From Octopus sinensis (lineage: Eukaryota), in NCBI RefSeq assembly GCF_006345805.1, contig NC_043002.1:8866001-8930000 (forward strand): a stretch of 64,000 nt of DNA, given 5' to 3'. A program made the position numbers and the translations under genes. Positions 21,865 through 36,520 of the stretch are shown in pieces. How positions within the stretch are numbered: position 1 is the stretch's first letter; each line of letters begins with the position of its first letter. Under the pieces are notes generated by a model. It had not been told where the DNA came from. It saw only the letters and a program-made list of their open reading frames with translations, and did not search any database.

Positions 21865-22084
21865 CCCTTTCGTTACCGTATTTATTTTCAGAAGCTCTGT
21901 GTTTCTTTCAATTACTTTAAATATAACAAAGAATTTATTAAAATAACTTAGTTATCATTCAGCTAGTGTTAGGAACATAAATTGTGACTAAGGTTTGGTG
22001 GAAGATTTTAATCCAAAACTTATGAAAACAAGATATTTGTACTCAGAGCCAGAGCCGGTTTCAGCCAGGTTGGTAACGAAAGGG
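21865..22084. mobile_element. piggyBac-type MITE
   Basis: TIR CCCTTTCGTTACC at both ends; TTAA left, TCAA right. Confidence 0.8.
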
Positions 22085-22825
22085 TCAAGTTATCCCAGAT
22101 ATTTTCTCGTTAATTTTAAACATACAGTACTTGTTGTACACTCTGGGTTGGCTCAAGAAAAGACTGCCAATAGTATCATTATAAACCTGACTGAAATTGT
22201 AAAACACCAAGGTACAGAAGTTGTTTGAAATAGATTTAGAATTATGATTAACTGAGAAATACATTCTAGAGAGTAACAATACTAGCACTATAATTCGTCC
22301 TAATAGTGGGTTTTGGTTAGTACCTAGGAAAACCTTGGAAGAGAATGAAGAACCAAGTTGACAGACTAACAGAAAGCAATCAGGTACTCGCCAGGTGATA
22401 TTCTAATACCAACAATATATTATGTCCATGCCAAGACATTTGGTTATCACTGTGGAACAGATGTAGAATTTGGAATACTGAGTTTCGTTCTTGCAGTGAG
22501 GAAAGACTGAGTACTGTAGAATAACATCCTATCCACAGGGAGATATCTTAACACTATGAAATTAGAAAGATTTTGTGATTCAGAAAAAGATTAGCTTAGC
22601 TTAGTGTTCACATGGAGAATATAAATTATAACAAAAGTAATCTTAAAATTTAACCTAATATCATGTTTAGATTAAAGCTAGGCAAGGAATATGTTGTACC
22701 ATAATATTAGGTAGTTTACAAGTGAAGAACTATACTCTCAATAAATACTAACCTTAAGTACAAGTACTTATAGTTACATTCCTAACCAATGGTAATCATA
22801 GAAAATTACGTTGAAATTAGACTCA

Positions 22826-23095
22826 TACTTACGCTAAGAGTTGCTGAAGCATGGAACAAACTGCCGGCATCAGTTGTTAGTTGTCGGAGCACTGCATCCT
22901 TCAAAACTTCCATGCTTCCTGAGATTCCCCAACACTACACCTGATTTTCTCCCCTCCATACACACACAAGCATGTATCTGACTCATACACTGTTCGCTTC
23001 CCAGACATTTGTACATTACTGCATATACTTTATACGCACTTTTGACAAGTTGTGGTGCACCTGAGCACTGTATACAATAATTTCATTATATATAT
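22826..23095 (+). mobile_element. CR1/L2-type LINE 3' end
   Basis: RVAEAWNKLPASVVSCRSTASFKTSM then 3'UTR and ATT/AT tail; second copy at 40046. Confidence 0.75.
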
Positions 23096-23761
23096 ATTAT
23101 ATATATATCATAAGAGTACCAATTACTGGTACTAGAGTGTGAGTAATTTTGGGCTGGCCTTGTATGCAATCATTCCATATGATAGCATGTTTCATTGGAG
23201 CAGCTTTAAGTAGGTTTCCTTTTATAGGCACTGCCTCTATTCATTTACATACTTTATCTGTTTTTAACATAGCAGCTTTTCCTTCCTGTTACTACATCAT
23301 GATTGTAGCCGGCAAGTAAGTAATTATATTCATGTATCAGTTATGTATGTATGTACATATGCATGCATGCATGTAAAACAGACTGTATATTTAATAGATT
23401 AAATATATATATATAAAATGAAAATAAAAGTAGTTAATTTATATTGATTCAATTTCAAATGTAAATAATCTTTTGTGAAAATAACAGTGCATAAAAATAC
23501 TAGCTAATGATAAATATGAGTTTATCCATCTACAAAGTTAAAAAGAACAATAAAATAATTTTCAATACATGGTAGGTAAATATTCAAATGGAAAACTGTC
23601 ACCTTTGATGCATGTTCACTTCATATATGTATATACATGCATACTTAGATACATACAGAGAGAGTTCAAAAGTAAATAGACACTCCTCATTAAACCAATT
23701 TATCTGTGTGTAAAATACTGGTTAGTATGATGTCCAAATGGGTTAAAGTATTAAAAACAAC

Positions 23762-24559
23762 GGATCTTTTCCCTTTGAACAGCAGATCGAGAAATTAACT
23801 TTTTGTAACTAAACACTTTCAAGCTTCGTATACTGGTAGAATGTGTCATATAAAATGTCTTTTACTCTTAGCATCTTTGAGAGAAGTTTATGTTTACGAA
23901 GTTATTTCGTTTTAAAGTTGTCATATTTCGTTAATTTCAACCAATCAATGACGTGTATTCAGCTGCATAAAATTACTGCCATTGTTTGTCAACAACAACT
24001 ATCGGCGGTGTATATTTCGTTTGTCACTGTTATTTATGACATCGTTCGTGCATTTGTACTGGTTTTGGTTTTAAGGTTAGGGTTAGGGTTGGGGTTTTAG
24101 CATTAGAATTACTGAAAAAAATGAAAAATGAAGAAATTGGAGGGGTAGGGGTTGGGGAGTTGGCAAAAAATGTCTTTCTGAAAATAGTAGCTGAAAAACA
24201 GGAAAAAAAAAGACTAAAAGCAGTAGAAATGCATGAACGATTATGGTGGTGCCATGAAGTAAACATGCTTCAGATACACTCCATAAATAACAGTGAAAAA
24301 CGAAATATACACCTCTGGAAGTTCTTGTTGACAAACAGCAGCAGTAATTTTTTGCAGCTGAATACACGTCATTGATTGGTTGAAATTAACGAAATACGAC
24401 AACTTTAACACAAAATAACTTCATAAATATAAACTTTTCTCAAAAATACTAAGAGTAACAGATGTTTTATATGATAAAATTCTACCAGTATACGAAGTTT
24501 GAAAGTGTTTAGTTACAAAAAATTATTTTCTAAATCTGCTGGTCAAAAGGTGAAGATCC
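23762..24559. mobile_element. MITE family A, long variant, largely palindromic
   Basis: ~270-bp inverted arms; perfect 8-bp TSD aaaacaac (23754-23761, 24560-24567); internal TTAGGG-like tract ~24072-24095. Confidence 0.9.
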
Positions 24560-24889
24560 AAAACAACATAAAGCACGTGTACTTAATACTAGATTAATTA
24601 TTTCATTTCATCAAATGACGTTATTTTGTTTCTAGTCAATAGATTCCCCACCTTCAAAATGGTGTCTATATACTTTTGAGATGTGTGCATGTGAATAGCT
24701 CGACCACTGCTTTTTAGGCAATTACGGTCTGTCACCATGTATGTATATAATTATGTGCTTTAACTGCAGCATTAGTGTTTAGCTTTTATTTCTAGCAATG
24801 TAGATGTCTCTAACACCCTTAGTCATATTTAATGACGGTTATAGTTTTCCTTTATGGAACACATTGCTTACTGCTGCCTAACTTAATTA

Positions 24890-25201
24890 TTACCGTGATC
24901 ACCGTGACCGACCAGGCTATCAGATGTTGCTACACATCGCTGGTCACAATGCGCTTCGCATTCTTTTAGCCTTTAAATGACGCCACCCCGCTGGCTAAGC
25001 GAGCAGGCCAACAGAAGAAAGGGTGAGAGAAAGTTGTGGCGAAAGAGTACAGCAGGGATCGCCACCACTCCCTGCCGGAGCCTCGTGGAACTTTAGATGT
25101 TTTCGCTCAATAAACACTCACAATGCCCGGTCTGGGAATCGAAACCACAATCCTATGACCACGAGTCCGCTACCCTACCCACTGGGCCATTGCGCCTCCA
25201 C
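24890..25201 (-). mobile_element. tRNA-derived SINE, family 3
   Basis: Minus head gtggaggcgcaatggcccagtgg...ggtttcgattcccagaccggg; relative at 35909. Confidence 0.8.
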
Positions 25202-26626
25202 AACTTAATTATATATATATATATACATATATACACACACACTTTTTGATGAACAAACAGTAGAAAAAACACTCAACACAGAGTTTTATATTTCAGTTGG
25301 AAGCAAGCTGATGACTCACTTCACTACTCATTCTCTCACCTGTGTGTGATTCCACAGGTGAGAAAACTTTGATGGACTGGAAAGAAAGAAAGAAAGAAGA
25401 GAGGAAGGAAAGAAACAAAGAATGAAAGAAAGGGAGAAAGAGAAGTATACCTGTATATTTATAAAATATCATATGAACTTATTTGAAGTTATCAACTCCA
25501 TTACTGGTCAGAAAAATTAACCAGCAGAAGATAATATATCTAACTACAAAATATTTACTGTTGAAACATGGGGAATTTCTATAGATATATTTAAGGCTAC
25601 AAGTTACAATAAATCTATGAAAACTTAAGGATGAAAAAAAAATGAGATCTTATTAATTTTTATAAATATCAACAACACATTAATAAACCATAAGAATTTA
25701 CATTCTTATTAACTTCAATAATAATTTTTATCATAGGCATCGGTCAATTAGATAAAACCCAAGTATTTGATTTGTAATTTTTTTATCAGCCCCGCAAAGG
25801 CTAAAACAAGCAAAGTCAACTCCAGCAAGATTTGAACACTGTATATAAAGACAATTAACCAATTTCTGCCAAATATTTTGTCCTTTATTGGACAATTCAC
25901 AGGTTTAATAATAATAATAATCTTTTTGTCTTTTACTTCTTTCAGTCACTAGACTGTGGCCATGCTGGGGCACTGCCTTGAAGAATTTTTAGTTGAATGT
26001 ATCAACCCCAGTACTTATTAATTTCTAAGATTCTATCAGTATCTTTTACCAAACCACAGGGACATAAATACACCAACACCGGTTGTCAAGTGGTAACGGG
26101 GGACAAACACAGACCCATACACATGACAGGCTTCTTTCAGTTTCCATCTACCAAATCTGCTCACAAGGCTTTGGTCAGCTAAAGTAGAAGACCCTTGCCC
26201 AAAATGCCACGCAGTAGGACTGGACCCGAAACCATGTGGTTGGGAAGCACAGTCATTAAAAATGCTTTCCTAATATAGGTACAAGGCTAGCAATTTTAAG
26301 GGGAGGGGAAAAACTGATTGCATCAACCCCAGTACTTGACTGGTACTTTATTTTAGCAACTCTGAAAGATGTAAAGTAAAGATGACTTCAGCGTGATTTC
26401 ATCTCAGAACATAAAGAGCCGGAAGAAATGTCACAAAGCACACCACCTTAATAACAACAACAATAATAGTAAATTATTTAAGGGCCAAAACCCCTAAACA
26501 ACAATCAGAACAGTACAGAAGACACAATACAGTAACAATAATGATTTCTAATATTTGTATGAAGTCAAAAATATAAGGTAGGGCTATGAGAGAATTAAAT
26601 TTACTCTACTACTTGACTGGTATTGT

Positions 26627-26894
26627 GGCTGTATACTGTCAACTCAATGTGACAGTCCCGTAAAGGGAATCACACCACCGCTATTTAGCCCTAGGAAGCA
26701 TTGACACTTCCTGTTGGCTTTGACACAATTCCTGTGTCCTTATATTTGCGAAAGGGAGACAAGTAACCCCATCAGCTAGGATTAGCACCTGAATGTGTCA
26801 AAGCTGACAGGAAGCATCAATGCTTCCTAGGGCTAAATAGCGGTGGTGTAATTCCCTTTGCGGGACTGTCACATTAAGTTGACAGTATACAACC
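26627..26894. mobile_element. MITE with ~100-bp TIRs
   Basis: gg(c/t)tgtatactgtcaac...ccctaggaagcattga inverted at both ends; no TSD recognised. Confidence 0.8.
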
Positions 26895-27149
26895 TCTATA
26901 TCGCCCCACCACTGCTCATGTCTCTCTGAGACATTTAGAAATTCAATATTTCTAATTTTGACTGATATTGTTTTTAATGAATCTGAAACAAAAAACAAAG
27001 TCAATTCTAGTAAATATTTGAAATCAGACCAAAAGATGTAGCTAAATATTGTAAGAGATCTTGTTTGGCACTCGACTGATTCTGCTGACGGTGACAGCAG
27101 CACTGCAGCCAACATAAATAATGATAATTTAGGCTGAAGTCTCAATACA

Positions 27150-27700
27150 AGACAACTTTGATCATATCACTGGCATTTAATTGACTACATCTTTGGAGAC
27201 AAAGCTAAAGTCTGTATCACCAAAGCATCATCAGCTGTTAATGACCACTTGATTGACCACAAATATTTGTATTTTTGCTACAGTGCTCTAATTAATGGTA
27301 GAGTTGTTTATACCATTGTCCTCCAGGTGTGAAATATACTTATTCCACTGTTTCAAATTGTGTAAAGAAGTTGTGTGAAGTGGGCTTTAAAAGTGTTTTC
27401 TGGTATTGCCATTTTTTAAAATTTCGGCTTTGTAGATGAACTCTTCTGAGAGGCCTTTATTTTCCAGTGGGCAGTGTAAACTATTTCTTAAATTACAGCT
27501 TTTCAGTTAGATTTAAATTAGTAGGGTATGCAGATTTCCATGACTCTATATTTCCAAGGCAGCTTAACTGTGGTCTTGTTGAATATTTTTCTATAAGAGC
27601 TCACTGGAAAAGTGTTTTCCTGAGAGAAAGCAAGTGCCTGGCAACATTGGTTGATATGTTGATACTGTTGGGTGCATTAAATCATATCACTTTCTGACTC
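27150..27700 (-). mobile_element. Penelope-like element, thumb/GIY-YIG region (highly decayed)
   Basis: FNAPNSINISTNVARHLLSL, YRKIFNKTTVKL, CNLRNSLHCPLENKGLSEEFIYKAEI across frameshifts. Confidence 0.7.
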
Positions 27701-27824
27701 TAGATCTACTTTTCTTGGTGGAAACAGTCCTGACCAAAATAAAACATAATTAATCCATCCTATGGTATCAAGCACTCTTTTTCTAATCAACACACACACA
27801 CACATATGCATAGGAATATCCATG

Positions 27825-28195
27825 TATGTATCTGTGGTTAAAAAGCTTACTTTCCAACTGTGAAGTCTCGGCTTCAGTGCCATTGTGCAGCACCTTGGGC
27901 AAGTGTCCTCTACTATAGCCCCAGGTTAACCTATGCCCTGTTAAGCGAATTTGGTGGAAACTATGAGGAAGCCTGTCATATGCATGCATGAGTGTGTGTG
28001 TGTGTGTGTGTGTGTGTATATCATTGTGTTTATGTTTTTCCCTATTACCACTTGATAACCTTTTTGGAAACCATTTTTATCATGCTTTTGGTTTATTTAT
28101 GTCCCCATAACTGAACAGTTCAGTAAACGAGACTAAACTGATAGAATAAGTACTGGGGTTCAGTTGTTTAATTAAGCCTTTCAAAGCAGTGCCCC
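27825..28195 (+). mobile_element. Decayed SINE family 1
   Basis: gtggttaaaaagc...gcaccttgggcaagtgtcctctactatagcc...gatagaataagtact. Confidence 0.7.
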
Positions 28196-28622
28196 AGTCC
28201 AAGGATTTAGTGGAAGAAAAAGTCATATACATATAAATAGATATATAGTTGCTTTACTTTTTATCTTATATTAAACTTTTTAATACTTTTTGATAGTTAT
28301 ATATATTTAATTAAAAAAATAAATGAATAAATAAATAAAAAATAAAAATTTATAAATATAAATTAATTAAAAATTATTAACTTTAAATTTAAATTTTGAA
28401 TTTTATATTTTATATATTTTGTATATTATATTAATTAATTTTATTTCTATGTTTTGGTTTATGTTTTACACTGTTGGATTTGCCTAATAGTGGTTTTATC
28501 TCAAATTTAATTTTTATATATATATATATATCGGTAAAAAAGGGAAGATAACAAAAGAAAGAGACCTCAATATTATGTAAATAATATCTTGGCTACTGAA
28601 TAATTGTCACATATTATTTTAC

Positions 28623-29046
<424 letters not shown>

Positions 29047-30288
29047 ACAAGGATAATTTATAATTAAAAAAGTACATATATAATGATATGTTATCATTAC
29101 ATCATTACGTCATTTAATGTCTGTCTTCTTTGCTACCAAGTCCACCTGTATTAATGCAGATTCTCACAGATATTTGTGTGTGTGCGGATGAACTAAAGAA
29201 TCTAAGTCAAAACATTAAAAACATTGAGTAATTTGAGACATTCAACAGAGGCATCGGAAAATACACAAAGACTTTTCTCAAGTCCAGTAGTTAACAAGCA
29301 ATGCTAGCTTACCATTAAACAAAAACTTAACAAAGAATTTTGATTTCCTTTTTGGAAACCATTTTGATAATGGGTTTTTTTAACTGGTTGCAAAACAAAA
29401 ATACAAATAAAGATAGAGATACTAAAACACATTTAGTGTGATAAAACTCTTATGAAAAAGACAGAAATCAGCATTGTCTCATGGTTTACATTACAATCCA
29501 ATAAAAGATTTGATTTTATTAACAAAGAAATATCCTTAAATGACATTTAAAAAAACCCAATATAGTGTCAAGTTTTGCACTCGGAGTTGTATTTCATAAT
29601 GATTATAAAAAATAGAAAAAGTCAGGATATATAGTAAATGCCTTTCAAAATAAAGGAATTAGTGTTAATAATAGTAAATTAATCAATGTAACAATAACAA
29701 ATGGTTTCTAACATGAACATATGCAAATGAGCAGAAGGAAGAGCATTTGGTTGATTAGCAACAGAAAGCATTTTTTCCCATTATGTGTATTTTTTAGTTA
29801 AAGTTCTCATAATTAAATTAATCAAAAGCAATATGTCAAATTACAGTACAGGTTATAGTATAATGTTACAATATATATAATCAGGGAACACTTTATTGTG
29901 TTATGTTACTGAGAGCAAGAGCCTTTAGCTCTCTTTCTAACATAATGCAATTAAACGTTCCTTGAAGTTCTGTTTTAGTTAAGTATTCAGTTGCCCTTCA
30001 AAAATCCAGAACAAAGTTTTAAAGAACTATACTGCTGAGATAGACATAGGAGCAAATGGCATAAACTTGTGTTTGCTGTGATTTCTCCAACATTTCCTCA
30101 GTATATCGTAATTAGTAGCCTACCAAGTATAAACTACTATACTGGAAGCAGACTGAATGATGATAATCTACATAGACTAAACAGTAGCAGTTGTACATTT
30201 ATTTGTACACATAAAATATACATATATATGTATGTATGCATGCATACATACATACATACATACATACATACATACATACATACATACA

Positions 30289-30321
<33 letters not shown>

Positions 30322-30334
30322 GCATATATATATC

Positions 30335-30574
30335 TGGCCACCATGCCGGTGGCACGTAGAAGACACCATTCGAGCATGATTGTTACCGTGCCAGTGGCAT
30401 GTGTAAAAGATTCGAGCAAGGTAGTTGCCAGTGCCGGTGACACATAAGAGCACCCACTACACTCTCAGAGTGGTTGGCATTAGGAAGGGCATCCAGCTGT
30501 AGAAACTCTGCCAGATCCCTCAGTCATACGTCCAAACCATCCTAGCATGGAAAGCAGATGTTAAACGATGATGA

Positions 30575-30578
<4 letters not shown>
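30335..30578 (+). mobile_element. RTE 3'-end fragment after a (TACA)n tract
   Basis: Terminal module and (GAT)n tail. Confidence 0.75.
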
Positions 30579-30609
<31 letters not shown>

Positions 30610-30612
<3 letters not shown>

Positions 30613-32364
30613 TTTAAACTAATATAAGAACTATTCCCTTCATTACGGGTGGATAAATATAAGATATCGTAAAAAATGGTATCCAATATATAGTGTAATT
30701 GAATTGGAGGTATACTAAACGTATAAGGGAGTACACTCAGGTACAATACTTAAACCAATTTGGGTATGTAAACACTTAATGAATATATTGCATGATTAAA
30801 AAATATAATAAAATAAGAATTCCCACATCCAGTAAATTATATAAAAGACCTTATGAATTGTCAAAAAAAATTTTTATAAACTATAAGCACTAAGAAATTA
30901 TATAAAAAGATATATAAATGTATAAAAATATCAAATATAATATATAATGTGTAATTACAAATATAAAAAATATAATATTACGTTATATATTTAATTTTAT
31001 GAAAAGAAATTATAAACTGTCAAACCTTTTATAAGCTATAGAAGCTACACAAATGTGTAAGAGAGTATACAAATACATAAACATTTAATAATATAAAATA
31101 TAAAAATTTTATGAAATATTTTTTACAGAATGATATAAAAAGAGTTATATACAAATGTGCAGTAATAACAGAAACTAATAACTTAATTTACATCAGGTGT
31201 TCTGTAAATATGAAAAAAAAACAAGCTCAGTCATACACAAATAGCCCGTATTGATGTGAACTAAGTTGTATGGAGATACATGAAATATTCAAATACAGAG
31301 ATAAACAAAACCTAATTAATAACGAATTAGATCTTATAGTGTCATGCGTTCATAGGATTACTCATACCTTTAAATATACCTTTAATAATAGGTACTTCAT
31401 TCTGTATTTTGGTAGCAGGAGTTATCTGGGGTGTCATATTATTCACAGCCTACCCTCTATTATCTCAAAATCTATTCAATAATGTTTTCTAATAACTCTT
31501 AACCCCTTTGATCTATAAATTTCCAGTGATTATATTATAGATTTACCACTTCAGTATTGGGAATCTCTTCCCTCATAGTACAACATATAAATTTTACACT
31601 GGATCACACCTCCCCTAAGTATAAAGTATACTGCCAAAGATGTTATTATTCTACCTAGATCAGTGTCTTTGATGTATTTTAAAATATGTTATAAACCCAT
31701 TTCCAAAGGTATTTTTATTTCCATTAATATTTGTTACATATATTTATTTTATATTGTATTAATAACATGTGTAGGAATTCTTTGCAATATACCAATATAA
31801 TTTATAAGATAATCCTTATTCTATTTTTTTAATTCTAAATCCTTATTTATATCTCTTATATCATTCTGTAAAAAATATTTTATAAAATTTTTATATTTTA
31901 TATTATTAAATTTTTATGTATTTATATAGCCTCTGTATCAATGTAGCTTCTATAGATTATAAAAGATTTGACAACTCACTGTATAATATATTTTTTATAT
32001 TTCTAATTACACATTATATTTTATAAATCTTTAATATTTTATAATTGATATTTTTATACATTTGTATATCCTTTTATATACTTTCTTGATGTTTATAATT
32101 TATAAATATTTTTTTAGACAATTCGTAAGGTCTTTTATATAATTTACTGGATATGGGAATTCTTATTTTATTATATTTTTTAATCATGCAATATATTCAT
32201 TAAGTGTTTACATACCCAAATTCGTTTAAATATTGTATCTGAGTGTACTCCCTTATACGTTTAGTATACCTCCAATTCAATTACCCTATATATTGGATAC
32301 CATTTTTTACGATATATTTATCCACCTGTAATGAAGGGAATAGTTCTTATATTAGTTTAAAATA
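30610..32364. mobile_element. AT-rich fold-back element, ~545-bp inverted arms around ~690-bp non-coding core
   Basis: 30610-31155 is the reverse complement of 31845-32364 at roughly 90% by eye; no TSD or ORF found. Confidence 0.85.
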
Positions 32365-33409
32365 TACTATAAATTTCTATTCATATGATAATTTAATTCC
32401 GCTATACATTCATTATAGAATGCTTTTATCATCAATCTATACACTATGTTTAAGAAAAATCTTAATATTTTTTCTTTTATATTAAAGTATTTCATTATTA
32501 GGTTTTAAATTTAATTTCTATCCTTCTTCTAAATATTGATTAAAATTTTCTCATAAATTTTCTAAGTTATATTTTACTACCACCCTTATCCATTGATTCT
32601 AAATTCTACTCCTAAAGTATGTATTATTTATCCCTTTGTTTTTAACTACATTCCCCTTTAATATCATCATCATCGTTTAATATCTGTTTTCCATGCTGAC
32701 ATATGTTGATATGGCAATGTTTCTACAGCTGGATGCCCGTCTTAACACCAACCATTCCGAGAGTGTAGTGGATACTTTGGCCATCCTTATCCTTCTTTCT
32801 TCCAAATACCACCTCTTCCTCATCAGAACAGGTCTCAATTAGTTGGTCTCCATACTGAAATGACTAGAAGTAGGAAGAGGTTGGTAGAGGCATGAGTGGC
32901 AAGAGGGACAACTGTGAAGGGTGACTTGAGGTATGGATGGTATGGAGAATAACTGTGAACCTGACAAATGTGTATGTATGAGCGTGCATGTGTGTGTATA
33001 CTGTGTGTTTGTGTGTGTATATATATATGTTTATGCATGTACATGTATGAAGCTATTGTATGTATATTGTGTGTGTCTATGTGTGTGTAAATGTGCATAT
33101 GTTTGTAATACTAGATAGTGGTATTCAGTAGAATAGAAGTAGCAAATGCAGGTGTTTGGGAGGTGTAGGTGTATTATATATTTGCTACTGTAAGTGTGAA
33201 GATGGGTGATATGGGTGACTAATGGAAGTGTGGGTGCTAAAGTGTGTGAAGTATGAAGGAGTGTGTATATGTGCTATTTGAATGTATTGGTGTGTGGTGG
33301 TGTTGGGTAATTAGTTCAACAGTAGAGTGGGTAGAAGTTGAGAGGACAGTGGGAGAAAGTAAAAGGTAGGTGGTGTGTGTAAGTGTTTGTGAAAGTGGGG
33401 CTTAAATAA

Positions 33410-35150
33410 AGAGGAGTGGAGAATTTAGACCATGTGGGCCTGAAGTATGGAGAAAAAAAAGTAATCTCTGCTCCAAGCAGAGATGGGAGTCAGGGTGGTC
33501 ACTGTGCAAGGCCAGTCTAAACACAGATTGATGTTGAAGGGAAAGACCAGGATGTCATTACTGAGTTTGATGTCCTAAAAATGTTTGGCAAAGTAATCAG
33601 TCAGATGTTGACCAGTTTGGCCACTATATGGGGAGTGGCAAAGAGAGCAGAGGATGCAAGATTACAGAAGGCACAAGTGAAGGAGTCGGTGATGTGGAAG
33701 GAGTAATTTTTGATACTGGTGAAGACAGTGGTGTTAGAGAGAAAAGGACAAGTGCTGCAGTATGGGCAAGAGCAAGGGAAGGAGTCGTGTTAAGTATCAG
33801 GAGTGGGGAAAGATGTATGGACCAGTAGGTCATAGATTGCAAGTATGTTTCAAGGAAAGGTGGTGTGGGAAGTGGAGGGATAGAATGAAGGAATAATATG
33901 GGAAAAGGGAAGATAGGTAAAAGTGGGATGGTACAGAAAGGGATTGCTGATGTGCAGTTGACAGACTAAGTGCAGGTGAAGGCAGCTTGGATAATAATGG
34001 GGTGTATCCCCATTTGGTCAAGTGGTGCACCATGATTTGGGACTGTGTCTTGAAGTCATGTTTGTCACTACAGAGCAAATGGAAATGGAGGAAGTGAGAG
34101 TAGGGACAAAGAGTTTGGTGTGGGTTTCTGGAAGGAAGAGAAGTTGAGGTAGAAGTGAGAGTCAGAAGGCTTGTAATGAAAGGTGATACGAGAGGGGTGA
34201 GTAGTTGATGGCAATGGAAATATCAATGAAGTTAACAGAGGTGGTGGAAAAGGGTAGAAGGAAGGACTGGTTAGAGAAGGAGAGAAAAAAGTTGAGTTGT
34301 TTGCAGAAGAGTGAGATCCCACCAGTAGTCATTGAGGTACTGACTGTACAGCTCTGGAATGGGGACTGAAATATCTAGAGCTCAGCAAAGCTGACAATGA
34401 GTTTTACACAGTAGGGCCCATTCTCATTCCCATAGTCATACTGAGACCCGTTGGTAAAATTCTCCTGAGAATGAAAAGCAATTCAAAGGAAGAACCAGTT
34501 CGGCCAACTTAAGAGGAATAGGAGTACAAGGCTGGCGGGGGGGGGGGGTCATGATGTAAGTCAAAGAAATATTTGAGTGTGTGAGGAGTATAAAGAGACT
34601 TCATGTCAAAGGAGAACAAAAGTCAGGAAGGTCTGAGAGGAAATGAGAAGTGTAGTATTTTACTACCATGTAGCATTGTTTGTACACAAGCATCATACAA
34701 CCCCAGAGAGAGAGAGAGAGAGAGAGATGTCTTGTAGCCAACAGAGCTCTCTGAACTTTCTTCCCCTTATTCTTGTGGTGTTGTGAATGTGAGAGGTGAG
34801 GGAAGCCATTATGGGTGCAAGGATGAAGTTGAAGTATTAGGGGATTGAGTCCATAGGGTAATTGCTAGCAGAGACAATGGAGTGGCTGAAATTGCTGGGT
34901 TTAAAAATCTTGGGAAGGAAGTAAATGATAGGGGTGTGTAGGGTCCAGACAATGAGGTCTGGGGATAGGAAGGAGGGGGAGGAAAGAAATGACTTGTTGG
35001 TTGTGAGGCATCAGGTCAGAGGGCAGAGAATGATAAAAGGTGTCTTGAGGTTAGCAGAATGCCTTGACCCCCTAGAAGTTTGCACACCACACAACTACAG
35101 CTCCACCCTTGTCAGCTGGTTTGATGATGGAGCCCTCATAGTGCCAGAAA
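33410..35150 (-). mobile_element. Penelope-like element (RT to GIY-YIG), decayed
   Basis: IIKPADKGGAVVVW and IYFLPKIFK (RT N-term, ~34900-35140), FHYKPSDSHFYL (thumb), FHITDSFTC, YSGQTGQHLTDYFAKH, LEQRLLFFLHTSGPHGLN (GIY-YIG end). Confidence 0.85.
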
Positions 35151-35352
35151 CAATGACAGGCTAAGAGTTTGGCTTGAGAGATATAGAACTGTACCACTAT
35201 ATGCTACTAGCACTGCTACTGCTGCTTTTGTGGTTTTTTTAATACAGTACATTTATGAGATATCATCTCAGGACGAATAAGACAGTTAATTAAGCTCTCA
35301 ATGTTGTTTGCATTAAGTATGATATTTCAAATTAAGAATGCTTCTGTTGCAC

Positions 35353-35416
<64 letters not shown>

Positions 35417-35574
35417 CACACACTTCAAGGGAGAGTGAAAAAGGTGTGTATAAAAAGGAAAGAATGAAAGACAGAAAGTAGATTGAAATCCCTAAAAGGG
35501 GTACAAATAACAAAAATAAAAAGATCCCCAAATTCCTTCAGTAATAACTGTAGTTAAATGCCTGTGGTACTACT

Positions 35575-35751
35575 TTATTTGATACCATCTAGTAACATCT
35601 CAAGGTTGTTTGGGTCAACATCCGCCCAGTAAGGGAGTATAAATGGCAAATTCTTTGTCAGTTCCTCAACCAAAGGGAGTAACAGAGAGAACAGAAAACA
35701 GGAACCTTTGTTTGATAAATGAAGTCCATCATTCAGCATCTCTTTCCAGTT
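35575..35751 (-). CDS. IAH1: IAH1 coding exon 6 (last)
   Basis: ttttatttAG acceptor; NWKEMLNDGLHLSNKG...LPYWADVD...GIK*; contains catalytic DxxH. Confidence 0.95.
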   Translation of the reverse strand, partial: NWKEMLNDGLHLSNKGSCFLFSLLLPLVEELTKNLPFILPYWADVDPNNLEMLLDGIK

Positions 35752-35908
35752 CTAAATAAAACAGAAAATAAATATTTTACACTTATATATTTGTTTTGCA
35801 AGATTTTTTATGTGAAATCGTGTGTTGAAACAGATATTGTTGTATTTAGGAATGGTCATTTTGCCAGTTTAGCCAATAAAAACACACGCACTACAACAGC
35901 AGCAGCAA

Positions 35909-36305
35909 GTGGAGGCGCAATGGCCCGGTGGTTAGGGCAGCAGACTTGCAGTCAGAAGATCGCGGTTTCAATTCCCAGACCGGGCGTTGTGTGTGTTTAT
36001 TGAGCGAAAACACCTAAAGCTCCACGAGGCTCCGGCAGGGGGTGGTGGCGACCCCTGTTGTACTCTTTCGCTCCAACTTTCTCTCACTCTTCCTTCCTGT
36101 TTCTTGTCCCCGACTTCCTACGCAACCGCTGAGCCTGGATGCGCATTCATCCATCCGTCGATGCTCTCGGTGTCGGGGGTTGACCTGCTTTCTCTTCTGC
36201 GGGTCTTACGAATAGCAAAGGACCACGTTTCGGATTTCTTCCTTCTTGCGAGCTCTGGGACGAAGACCGTTCGCTCAACAGCAACAGCAGCAACAGCAAC
36301 AACAA
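35909..36305 (+). mobile_element. tRNA-derived SINE family 3 variant in IAH1 intron 5
   Basis: tRNA-like head as at 25201; (CAA/CAG)n tail. Confidence 0.75.
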
Positions 36306-36401
36306 TAAGAAAATCATCAAAGTGAAAAATCAAATGATAGTAAACTAATGACAGTGATGTCTCTTTCACACATGTAATGTAAAGAATGAAAAAACACTTA
36401 C

Positions 36402-36520
36402 ATTATGCTTCATCATTTCTGTATAAAGGTCTATGCATTGAGTGCCAACCTCTTCAGCTGCTTGTTTGCATGCTGCAGCATAATGAATTGTGTTTTTATT
36501 GAAATTTGAACTGACTCGAT
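36402..36520 (-). CDS. IAH1: IAH1 coding exon 5
   Basis: tttacAG / GTAAGT; (D)RVSSNFNKNTIHYAAACKQAAEEVGTQCIDLYTEMMKHN; phase 1 in, phase 0 out. Confidence 0.93.
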
